Assembly (NCBI GenBank): GCA_965153455.1
Contig: OZ234493.1
Location: 15,056,213 to 15,120,212, forward strand
Reading direction: 5' to 3'
DNA length: 64,000 nucleotides
Source of the DNA: Sphagnum compactum
Lineage: Eukaryota
How positions within the stretch are numbered: position 1 is the first letter of the stretch; the number at the start of each line of letters is the position of its first letter. Below are positions 26,550 through 38,213 of this stretch, piece after piece. The notes under the pieces were generated by a model. The model made no database searches. It saw only the letters and a list, made by a program, of their open reading frames with translations, and was not told the origin of the DNA. A program made the position numbers and the translations under genes.

Positions 26550-28330
26550 ACTGGAGAGGCTATGGGCACTATGAACTTTGGAGCTTTCCAAGAAGAAACA
26601 ATTCCAGTATAGAGTTGAGACTTTTTCAAGGGTGAGGCCTCTTGAGTCTTTTACCCTTTCTACCACTAAAACCTAAGATAGAAGATTTTAGTATGACTTG
26701 ATTGTTTTGCTAAGCAGAACATGTGTCCATCAGTGCAGAACATGAGTCATGCAGACTACCACACAGGATCTTTGATTGGCTGTGTAGAAGGTGTCTCCCT
26801 CTAGATACAAACCAACACCAGAGTACTACAGACAAGGGAGTGTCCTTAGCAAGGGGAATTCCTTGTAGGGGTGGGTACTAACCAATTGAGAAAGAAAAAA
26901 TGGTGAACAGAGGGAAATAGAAGATGCACAGAATCCAAATTATTGATGAAAATATAGATGACATATGGACTCTATTTTCCATTTGCTAAATAACATGCTT
27001 CCAGTCAAATTTCAGGTCTTTTTGTTAGGACATAGAAACAATTGGCCAGATCCATCCTTCTTGTTTTTCTGCATGGCAAATTTCATCATCAAATCTTGAT
27101 GTCTACCAGGTAAGGTCTAGAATGATCACATTTTTAAAAGACGGGTATTCTTTCGTGTGTTGGAATTGTAAGATCATAGTGTTCAATCTGATGGGTGTCC
27201 ATTTGTCTTTCTTTGCAAAAACCCAACTACTCTTAGAGACCCACTAAAAAGTTGAGGTCAAAAGTTCCCATCTTACAATTAGATGATCCCACCCTGTATA
27301 TTAAGTACTAACATGCCAAATTTTGAGAAAAAAACTGATTTCTACTGCATCTTGGTGTCCCTTGTTTATAGGTGAAATTTCATTGAACTTATGCTGAATT
27401 TGGCTTCATAGTTTTCACCCCAATGAACTTTTCTTGAAGTACTTAACCTCAATTTGCTGAATACAACTTCCCTTCCCAAGAGATTCCATATTGAATCCCA
27501 GTTTCTTCAGTGATTGAATCCAATACCTCTGTAATCCATAACTACAGATGAGCTTTTCTTGGTCCATAGATACCAAGATGGGAGTCTTCAAGGGAGAAGA
27601 TAGTTTGGGTATAACTTCAAGCCAGTCTGCAGCAAGAAACCAGCTGCAACCAACCAAGGTCCAGTTCATGTGCCAGAAGCAGCTAAGGTTTTTTGACAAC
27701 GATGGGTTATCTCACAGTGTGATAATAAAGGTCCCTCCTGAGGGGTTGGCAATGTACTACTTGTGCAGCTCTTGCCCTCCTCCCAATGAACTTCAAAATA
27801 AACTGTAAACCTAAACCCTAAACCCTAAACCCATCTGACATAGATACAAGTCTGAGGGTGAAAGAGTGGTCAAGATGCACAAAGGAATGGTGTTCGAGCG
27901 GAAGTCGTATAGTAGGTGGCAGCTATAGATGGCGAAAACAATGTCACCACATGTACAAATGAGCACTAGGTATGTCAAAGGTGAGGACTAGGGTAGTCCA
28001 ATCTGAAGGATCCCAGCACAAACTGAATGCAGAACAAATGCATGAAGGGCATACACAGTACCACCCACAAGAGAGATGAAGATGTCAAAGCAGGTGGCAC
28101 AGATACTGCTGTGCTTCTTGGGTTCATCAGTTCCTCCTCTGGACTTATCCTAATGTGCTTCCTTAGTGATGAACAAAATGTATGTGTCTCCGATTCCACA
28201 AAGGTCATAAATGCTGGCAGATACTAAGAAGGACATGATGATCACATATCAGGAGATGGGAGAGAGCATGATTCTCACCCCAACATCTGTTTTGTACATT
28301 GTAGAGTCGGTGCTACCAAGGCCACTTTGA
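26550..28330 (-). pseudogene. Putative endogenous viral element (EVE-B): second, distinct decayed bunyavirus-like L protein fragment
   Basis: Minus-strand motifs in the expected order: FMTFVESETHT and NP..VPPALTSSSLLW (upstream core), VKYFKK (about 27435, premotif A), KDKWTP (27193-27210, motif A), LQGI (26857-26868, motif B), TCTG(C)ATGACTCA = SDDS with one extra base (26743-26755, motif C), EKS..ILEL (about 26625, motifs D/E). Confidence 0.55.
27806..27832. repeat. Interstitial plant telomere repeats (CCCTAAA)n
   Basis: taaacctaaaccctaaaccctaaaccc embedded inside EVE-B. Confidence 0.8.
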
Positions 28331-30685
28331 TCATCTCAGCCAGACCTGAACTGCAAGAATTGAAGAAAAGAAACCCAATATCCTCATCATAAAGCTCAAG
28401 GAAGAAGAAGAAGAAGAAGAAGAAGACATAATATCAAAAGACACACTCACAAAACCCCTGAAAAGAAAGAAGAGTACTTGTGGTCATGCACTAGACTTGT
28501 GCCCCAAAAGAAACAGCATCAACAATAACAACAACAACAACTGCTGTTATGCAACAAATCCGACAGAATATTCTAGAAAAAATTAGGAAAGAACACCAAA
28601 CCCACACACAAATCTCCCGCAAGAAAATGCACTTCACAGTTTGAATCACCATTAGTAACAGACCAAAAACAACAACTGCTGCTGCTGGCTGCTGCTTCTG
28701 CACATTCAACAACAACAAAAGATATGTATGTATGAGGAAACTGGTAGCAAGATCTTGATGATGATGATAACAAGGAAGACAATTCAGCTGCAAATTTGAA
28801 GGAAAAAAAAGAGAATAAAAATAATGGGTGACTTTAAGGATAGCTCAAAACTCAGCATGAGGGCAAGTGCAGACCCAATGGCAGGCCCAAAGACAGGGTG
28901 ACTTTATGGATAACTTACTCCATTGTAGAGTTTCCATTTGAGCTCATGAAGCAGGTGACTTTGATCTGTATTGGGAAGTACTGAGTTTTGGTGAGGAATT
29001 TTCTAAAAGTGAAGAATTTGTTGCCATCCTAATCAATCACTCACATTCGGATTTTTTTGAAGAACCAAGGGCTGATCGATGATGTTGGGGAACATAAATA
29101 TTCTGTAGTACCATTGCAAGTTCATCAACATTTCAGTGTTGAAGATTTATTTTGTTTTGAAGATTCCAGTTCTGATCGATATATAACCATCATTGAGGGG
29201 GGGGAAAAACAGCTGCCCAGGCATCCACATATCTTTGCCAATTCTCTCATGGAAATTGAACGGTGCATTGAGTTCTTGAAGTAACTGGAACCAGAGGTTC
29301 TTTAATTCTGATTTTATTTTTTTTCAAAATCCAAACTCACTTAGTAGAATGGCATGGTTAGATTCAAAAACACTCGCTTAGTACTGAACTTGATGGTTGT
29401 GGAAAATCTTTGAGCATGGTGGAAAAGTCCAGATGGATCAAAAGTATTGCAAGATCTTATTTTTGTCAAACTTTAGTACAGTGCAATATCACGTATTGTA
29501 AATTATAGGGTATGGCTACTTTCCATTGTCAATTATGCTCATTTTCACAAAAGTTTACCGACTAGGAATCATTACGAGTTCACAACACATACACCAACAA
29601 GTTACATTACGAGTTCACAACACATACACCATTGCAATTTTAGCTAAATGATGATATCCTGGATCATGCAAGAAAATGCTACCAACATTTCAGCTTAGAT
29701 GTTTGAATGTTAGGTACTTATTGCAGGAGATTAATTATTCGGAGGATTTATTTGTTTGAAATCTTATTTCTGCCTTAGACTTATTTCTGAGGAAGCTCAG
29801 TGGTTGTATGCAATCAGCAACTCTATATATTATTAAATTAGATTAGGTGGTTCTTGAATAGGGTATTGCAAAACCTTACCCGTATGAATAACATTAGGTT
29901 TTTACAAGATTCTGAACAAATTAATTGGTAACCGGATTGGATGCTCAGACAAGCAAATTAGTATGAGATGGGTCTCAATATATGTGTAAACATTCAGATA
30001 TTTGATACTCATGTGGTGTGACAGAAATTTTTCTGTCATATATATCCTCCCCCTAGCCTACAAGTTGCAAATGGGTCTTAGAGATTTTCAAGTGTATAAC
30101 TTGTTTTGCTTTGATAACAGTGCAACAAAATTGCTGATTTTGGGTTTGTGATTTACAAGTATATCAGCATGTGCAATGCAATTTCATTCCACGTCGGTTT
30201 ATGTGACTCAAAATGTTTTGCGAAGACTTTGATAAAGAAGGGATTTGAGAGTCTAACATCCTTGAAAGAAGCACACTCTTTTTTTGTCTGTGTATATATT
30301 CATTCACCTAACAAAGTACAATAACAAGAATGACAACAAAACTGATAAAACGACAGCAAAATTGATATAAGTGCAACATAATTGCCGATTGGAAAGATTT
30401 TTTATTGTGGAAAGTTGTCACCTGGCCTTTTGGATTTTCTCATAATCCCATCATCTTACACACATGCATCGAGCTGATGCAAAATGTTAAAAGAAACATA
30501 TACCCAAAAATGTCACACAAAGTGTGTGAGGTCATACATGCTAAAGAATCAAGGGGGCTGAATGTTTCTACAATTCTGTTGGCCTGCCTTGATTCTTCCA
30601 ATGTTCTTTATTCATTTCAATATGCAAGGAGGAGGCAATTTGAAATAAACTACCCATCCATCCATCCATCCAAGGGAGGAAAATC

Positions 30686-33600
30686 TTACATATTCTTGCA
30701 GCAGTGGAATTTGGCAAACACAAATGGATACTGCCGCTGGTTAAAATTGCGGAATGAATCACGCCACATCTTTGGATGTGTTAGTGGCAAAGCACCTTTC
30801 AATACATAATGGGAACCATCGAAAAAATCGCTTGAATACTCAGGGTACTCAACCATAGGCTTGAACCCAGGAAATGGCTGAAAAACTGAGGATGTCCATT
30901 CCCAGCCATCTGAGCGCAGCTTGTGCACTTTGGTTGCATACCCACTTTGGAGAATCTGGTGATACTCGGACTCAGTCATGATGCGGCAGCCCACAGAGAG
31001 AAAATGCTTCCACCTCTGACAAACTGACAAAAACAGGCTGATCTGCAACTTTGGACCGATGATCAGTTGAACCCACAGAATGCACATAATACTCTCCATG
31101 CACTTTGGACCACATTGCTGGGTGCTTGTGTTCCTGGTCCTTGAAGAACTTGAAATCCACCGGTTGCCAAAACTCCTCCTTCTCGTACCCACCTTCCTTC
31201 ACAAATGTGAGGAAATCCCTCACTGAGACAGGCTCTGAGCTCACCAGAAACTTCTCAGATACGTGAGTTGTGAATTGCGGGTACTCATTGTCCCACATGA
31301 AGCCATTGTGAGCTACATTCCCTCCCATCATCACATTCCCGTTGGAGATTTGCACCATGTGGAATTCAGCTGCTACATTTCCACCCATCATGGCATTTCC
31401 ATTGGAGATGGGAACCATATTATTTCCAGATGAGTATATGGACGACTTCTGAGCTGCTGCTGACAGCTTCTTCTTCATTGTCATCCCACTGTTGATTCCA
31501 ACATGAGAGTTGTTGTTGTTGTTGCCATTGAACATATGATGAGGTAGTGCATTGAAACCGATGTTTGACGATTTTTTCTCAAACAACTTCTTGCGTTCCT
31601 GCACCAGCATGTATGCAAGAGTTTCAAGATGCATGTATGCCAGATTTATCAACCTGGCCGATATGCGAGCATCATCCATAGCTTCCATAAGCTCCTCTCT
31701 CACATGCTGCACATACTCAATTATTTCTTCACGTGTCGGCCATTGTACTGGAACTTCAGGATGGCCATGACACTTGGATGGATCAGTGACAATTGGGTCA
31801 ATCCCTCGTGAGAACATCACATCAAACTTAGTTGGCACCTCATTGGGCAAAAGCTTCAATTTCGCAAATGCCAGCAAATGTCCACTACACAAAGCAAAAA
31901 GTAGCCCCCAAAAACATAAAAATCTTTGAATCCATCAATCAGTCCTCTCACATTTGCAACAACAAAAAAAATTTGTAGTTGAAAAGAGAACCAATGTCCC
32001 ATCATTTGCAACTTTAAAAGGAAAATTGTGCAAGCAAGAAAAAAAAATTGGTCTTTTCTTCCAACACTAATATAGTCTAAGATTGTGAGTTCCACTTACT
32101 AGTAGAAGCAAAAAGGGTGCCGGACATCAATAGGCTTCATGCTCCAATCAGGGAGGTTCCTGAAAAAGGCGTCAGTTGCATGCCAGCATCGAACATATGC
32201 TTCTTTGAAAGGTATGAGCATTTGCATACCCCATGTTTGATCGCGCCAAGCCATGTCAATAACAAACCCGGATTCATTCGCCAGATGGTTGAAATCACCA
32301 ACTGTGAATTTCCTTGAAATTTCAACCAACACCCTCTCCCCTGCCCTGCCACATTCACAAAACATCCATTGTCATATGCTGCTCATAATCCTCTGAAATG
32401 CTTTAATCCCAAAAAAAGGACAAGACAAAAGAAACTTCATACATTTGGTCTTAGTTTTACAACCTACCTACCAGCCTACCTCCTCCACAATGGGTCTTTC
32501 TTAAAACCTTGAGAAACAAAAGTTTCCTTCAGGTAGGTACCTGGTCAAAGTGCATACAAGTATAGGGGGTGAGACTTTTTCTTTGAAAAATACCTGATGT
32601 GAACTCGGTGTTGGGGGAGCTTAAGGTCAGTTGGAAACTTGAGGTACATTTCAACTTGGTGCGAGTGTTCGTTGATGTCAACTTCATAGACCCATGATTC
32701 CTCATCCTTGGTTGAGACTTCATGACCCAATAAAGCAAGTGCATTGCGCATCCCATTCTTTATGAAAAGGCCTGTTACGCCCACCTTGTCATAGTACGCT
32801 GCTCTGAGATGTTCCTGATCCTTCCACATATCTAAAACCACCCCCAAAAAAAGATCATGAAAACTTAAGAAAAATTGCAAATCCTGACAAACATCTACAT
32901 CATTGAACAACATGTAGAAATGGAGAATCAGAAACTGGAAATTCCCCACCAAATTTTACCTCAAAAACATATAGAACAAAAAGAAAATACCCAATTGAAC
33001 AAATCAACTTAAATCTCTGTACTACCCACAACAAACAGAAGCTGAGATTATGATCACAAAACTCACCAAAAAAAGCATCCCCAAAGAACTGAAAAAAAAT
33101 CAACAAGAAGTTTTTTGGGGTGTAAAATTAATAGAATGAAGTGGAGCATGTAACCATTTACCTGCGCACTGGAGTATTTGGCAGTGAGTACCAACAGCAG
33201 CAACAGCATCGCGGAAAAATTGAACTGCAGCTGAAGCAGAAAGATTGCCCACACTGCTACCGAGCCACAAAATGCATACATTTTCATGTGGGTAACGCTC
33301 CCGAACAATCTTCAAACCCTGCATATAATCAGCGTGCACCATGTCCATGTCTTCATGCTGCAGCCCATCTACATTTTGCATCAAGTTCTTGTATGCTTCT
33401 TCCAAGAACAGGCCTGACACATCGATCCCTGCATACTGACACCTGAGATGTATGTATGTATGAGAAAAAAAATATGTATGTAGACAAACAAAAAACACCC
33501 AATGATCAATCCTCATAAAGCAGTGCCACAACCAAGCTCAACAATAACACTGTGCGGTGGGATTTGTGCAGCAATTTCATCCACATGCAGTTCCAGCATG

Positions 33601-33743
33601 TGGTCTTCAGCAAGGAAAGGATAATACTCCTCCAATTTGGTTATCTCCTCGTAAAGCTCAGATCCTTTCTTGTCATACAAAAGACTGAAGGGAATTTCCT
33701 TGTTCCCCTGTGAGTTCTGAAGTCCCTCCAGCACTTGATGCAT
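30686..33743 (-). pseudogene. EGT1: Egt1-like ergothioneine biosynthesis gene (histidine trimethyltransferase + DinB-like + FGE-sulfatase sulfoxide synthase), apparently disabled. Exons about 33743-33516, 33442-33162, 32831-32594, 32345-32100, 31884-30686.
   Basis: EgtD motifs KEIPFSLLYDKKGSELYEEITKLEEYY, VELGCG, GIDVS, LWLGSSVGN, AAYYD..GVT..F, EISRKF. EgtB/Egt1 motifs PIDVRHPFCFYYGHL, FSRGIDP, WPT.EEI..Y, MHLETLAYML, FMWDNE, GWEWTSS, YPEYSSDFFDGSHYVLKG, FRNF. Introns 2-4 are GT-AG with matching phases. Lesions at 33513, about 31640 and about 31000. Confidence 0.9.
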
Positions 33744-36150
33744 GGTAGTGTTGGTGGTGGTGGAGTCCCCATCATATGATGATGGTATTTCTGCAGATAA
33801 TTCCTCAAATTTGTATGCTCTTGGATTCTTGAAAAGTTTGCTTTTTCTTCAGACTGGCCATCATCATCACAATCCCCCATCCAAAGTTTAGACTACTGTT
33901 AAGAAAAAAAAAACAACATTTCTGAATTCACCCAAAAGTCTCAGCTCCCAAAATCTGCACAGTAAAATCTCAAATTTGTGGAGGAGCAATGGTGATGATG
34001 ATCCCCAGGCAAGAATGAATGATATTCGGAGGGGAAAAAACCCCACAGTCACAAGGAAGAAAACAGACAGTGAAAAGAATGAATGACACGAGAAAAGAAA
34101 TACAAATAAGGAGACAAAGAAAAATTGTTGGAGAAGATAAAACCCAAAGAAGAAACCCAAGAATGTGTGGAAAAAAAATCACAGAAAGAGAGATGAGTTT
34201 GGAGGCTTACATGCAGTGGGTTGAATTTGGTAGAAATCGGAGAGATCCAGCACCAGCAGAGCAGGGATTGTTGTCAAGCTGTGGAAGGGAAGGGCATGAC
34301 AGTGGCTTCTTCTTCTTCTTCTATGAGGAGAGTAGTGAGTTTGTGATAGAAAGGAGAGACAGTAGGAGCAAGAACACCCAAGCCTTCCAGCTGATTCATC
34401 TCCTGTCTGGCTGACCTTTTGTGGCTTGCTGCTCTGTCACACCCACTTCTCAGACTGGTCAATGGTGCATGATTCAGGTGCAATCTGGTGCATCATCTCT
34501 CTCAGTCTCTATTTATATCCATCTACCAATCTTCTTCTTCTTCTTCTTCTTCTCCCCTCCACCACAATCTTTTCAGTGCCAAAAAGGATGTAAATTTCTG
34601 GTGGTGAGTTCCAAAGGAAAATAAATCCTCATGCACCATTGGAAAAACAACAACAACAACATTCTCTGCTTGAAAGCTGTGACACCACTCTGGACAAACT
34701 TCCTGTTTTTCAGGAAGAGCATCAACAGTGTCACACACATGCAGACACAGAGACAAAAAGAGACCACCCATTTTGCAAATTGAAGCAAGACTCGTAGCTT
34801 TGCAAATCCTAGTGAGCCACAACGGCAAGTTCACACCAGATCAAGAGTAGTGTACTGCTCCAAAAATGGAAATGAAATGGGGACAGCATCAATCAACAAA
34901 AAAAGCACATGAAAAAAATCTTCAAAGAATTTAGAGAGAAACAAAAACCCACAACCTAACAAAAACACATTGGAAAAAATAAATCAAAACTCCCAAAACA
35001 AAACTGCTTCACTAAACAAACAAATAAACAAAGAAAGCAACAGCAACAACAGCAGTGGATCACCCAAAAAGGGAAAAACACACACACACACACACACACA
35101 CAGTGAAAATTCACAGGACTATATATCTATCGAACAAAAAAGAATAATGTTTTGTTCGCAACTGATTTCACATTTCTACAGATGAGAAATGGAGTGGGTT
35201 TGTCTCCAGACCTGTGTGTGTGCAATCAAGCTCTCAGAAAAAACCCACAAAAGCACACCAACTGCAATTGACACAAAGTGAGTGTATCAATTTTGATGAT
35301 GATGATGATGATGCACATTAGCAACAGAGTGTTAGCTAGCTGGCTGTTGAGCTTGAAAGAACAATGTGTTGGGTGCTGGCATACTTATACTACCATCATT
35401 CCACTCCCACAACACACTACTGCAGACGACAACAACAACAACAGAAAAACCAACATCTCCTGGTTGTTGCTGCTGCTGCTTCCCAGATTCACAAAAGGAG
35501 ATTTTCTAGATCCCAATTCCTGATCTAAAATTAAATCCCGGTCTCACTCAAATTCCTAAATTCCAATAATTCCTGATCTTTTTGGTTCTCTTTCTTCATG
35601 AAGAATGAATGGACTTCTTGGGCAGTTAAAATCTGCTCAATACTTACCTCTCTTTTTCTCGCTTCCTTCCTTCCTTCCTTCCTTCCTTTCTTTCTAAAGT
35701 TTTTGATCTTGTTTTCAGTACTTAGACACTAAATTATCCCACTCATCAAAAAAAAAAAATCTTTTTTTTTCTTTTCCTCTTTCTCTACTTATTAGTGTAT
35801 TTCAATCTTCTACTTTTCTTACTTTTTTCCAACCAACCTTCACAAATGTACTCTGACTGGACATGGAAAAACAAACAAATTGCCCAAAACAACTCGGGTG
35901 CCCAACCTAAGTACACTTTATGAATTACATATAGTAAAGGACGTCCAGGTCGTGAAGCTTTTTCCATCCATCCATCCCGTCATCCATCCAGTCCTGAAGG
36001 TATTCTGAAGGTATTCTGTGACTCCCCATCCTCCTGCTGCAGCAGCCACCCATTCTCCCCTTTAATCGAGTTTATATTATGTACAAACCCAGGAGGAGTA
36101 GAAGACGACAACCCTGGGGTCCTACTTATGCACTCAAATGGGTCGGAGAT

Positions 36151-36610
36151 GGAACCAAACCCATTCCAGTATGTAACCATCCTCTCCAGAAAGGGAACCA
36201 AACCCAACCCATTCTAGTGTGTAACCAACCTGTCCAGAATGTTCAATGGGAGGAAAGAACCAAACCCATTCCAGTATGTAACCAACCTATCCCAGTACGT
36301 AACCAACATATCCAGAATGTATGATGGGCCAGGGAACCAAACTCATTCGAGTGCGTAACAAACTTATTCAGAATGTTCAATGGGGGACGGAACTAAACCC
36401 ATTCCAATAATGTAACCAACTTATCCAGAATGTTCAATGGGGGGAGGGAACCAAACCCATTCCAGCAATGTAACCAACTTATCCAGAATGTTCAATGGGG
36501 GGAGGGAACCAAACCCATTCCAGTAATGTAACCAACTTATCCAAAATGTTGAATGGGGGAGGGAATTAAACCCATTCCAGTGTGTAACCAACCTATCCAG
36601 AATGTTCAAT
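36151..36610. repeat. ~58-bp minisatellite, about 8 copies
   Basis: Consensus gaaccaaacccattccagtaatgtaaccaacttatccagaatgttcaatggggggagg in head-to-tail array. Confidence 0.95.
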
Positions 36611-38213
36611 CTCGACATTCACAGGTTTGAGGACAATGATCAGGGCAGAATAATGGATCATTACACGATGTGATTTGTCGATTCAGACCACTCCGGTTTG
36701 TTCTTAATCTGCGCCCCAGAGATATTATACTCCAGTAAATTTTTGCAAAATAATTTTGGAAATAGATCTCTGGGCATTTTCATCATGGAATTGTGCCTGT
36801 TCTACCCCCAAGAAACATCAGTTTTATTTAAAGTTGATTTATTTACACACCTGTGCATTAGGCACTGGGTTCAAACTAGTATATATATATATATAAACAA
36901 GGATGGAAAACCATCCACAAAAGGTACACGGCATGTTTGGCACAAAAGACACTGAACCTTATATAATGAGGAAGTTTTACTATCTAGATACATGTTGGTC
37001 AATTAATAAAAGTATGGCCACTTTTGATTGACTTGAAAATAAAAGTGTTTTAAGACCTTGAAAATTCAAATCATCACAAGAGTCCTGAAATATTCAGACA
37101 TTTAAATTGTACTGTTTTGATAAGTACGTCAGGTGCTAAAAGCTTTGGTGGGCATCCAACTGTCTAGTGACTATGATTCATTGGAACTAGTTTTAGGTAG
37201 GACAATTTTAGGTTTTATAAGTCGTTCTTTGGACAATTTCAAATTGAAATTTATTTAGTCATTTTAAAATAAAAAGCAATGAAAAAGTGTCGTTTCAAGA
37301 TTATTTTTTCAACAGCATAGTATGAACAAACTTTCAATGTTTTTTGCATCCATTTGCATCTCATTTAATCAAATTTGAATTCAAATTGCATGCAATGTCA
37401 TTAATCAATTTTTTGGACAATTGATTGTCTTTAGTAGTGCACAACAACACAAAGCCCAAGTATTATAAATATTTCATATATTTTCAATCAAAACAAAATT
37501 AACAAGGGGTGTGTCACACTGTGGCCATGCCATTTACAATAAAAAATATCTTAAGGCAAAAGAAGAATTCTGAAAACTCAACTATTTCACTATGCAAAAA
37601 TATAATCTTCAAAAAATCCTCTAAAACAAACCAAAATCCTTCAAGATATTACATTTCTATAATGAATCTCAAGTTTCAATACATGCCAAAATATCATATT
37701 TTACAAATCCTCATATCAAAAGAGACCTATTACATAAGGGCCAAAATCCCTTAAGCTAATATACTCTAAAATGAATCTAAACACAATATCCTTGCCTTGG
37801 TAGGCAAGGCCAATAAAAATACAATAACTTTTATGTTGAATCAAATTCAAGTTGATTTTTTATTTCCAAACCAATTGCAAATTTGGGTACAAAGAATGAC
37901 CAATTTTGCCAAATTTTCAAGATCAAAAAATGAAAGAAAAGAAAACTCTGATCAAGAGATCAAGATTCAAAGGACATAAAAAAATAGAAGAATTGAGACA
38001 CCAAGCTTCACATATAACCTTTAAGGTACGTAAATGCTTGTATAATACAATAAAGCACTTGGAGAAATTTCCTATGTGTATTTGGAGGGCCTCCAACATT
38101 ATTTTTTTGGGTGTAAAAATTTGTCAAAATGCGAAATGTTTTTATAAAAAAAGCATATTCAGTCACAATATTTTTTCTTTGATTGGTAACAATAAGCAAA
38201 CTTTAAAAAAAAA

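Noticed and set aside
33641-33880. ORF MGDCDDD... as the Egt1 N-terminus
   Set aside because: It is out of frame with the methyltransferase. The true start may be 33743 or may be hidden by another frameshift; unresolved.
33888-35523. Short ORFs upstream of Egt1
   Set aside because: Low-complexity, microsatellite-rich UTR, intron or promoter sequence with no protein-like conservation.
36151-36610. CRISPR-like array
   Set aside because: Units are head-to-tail with no unique spacers, there are no cas genes and the context is eukaryotic. It is a minisatellite.
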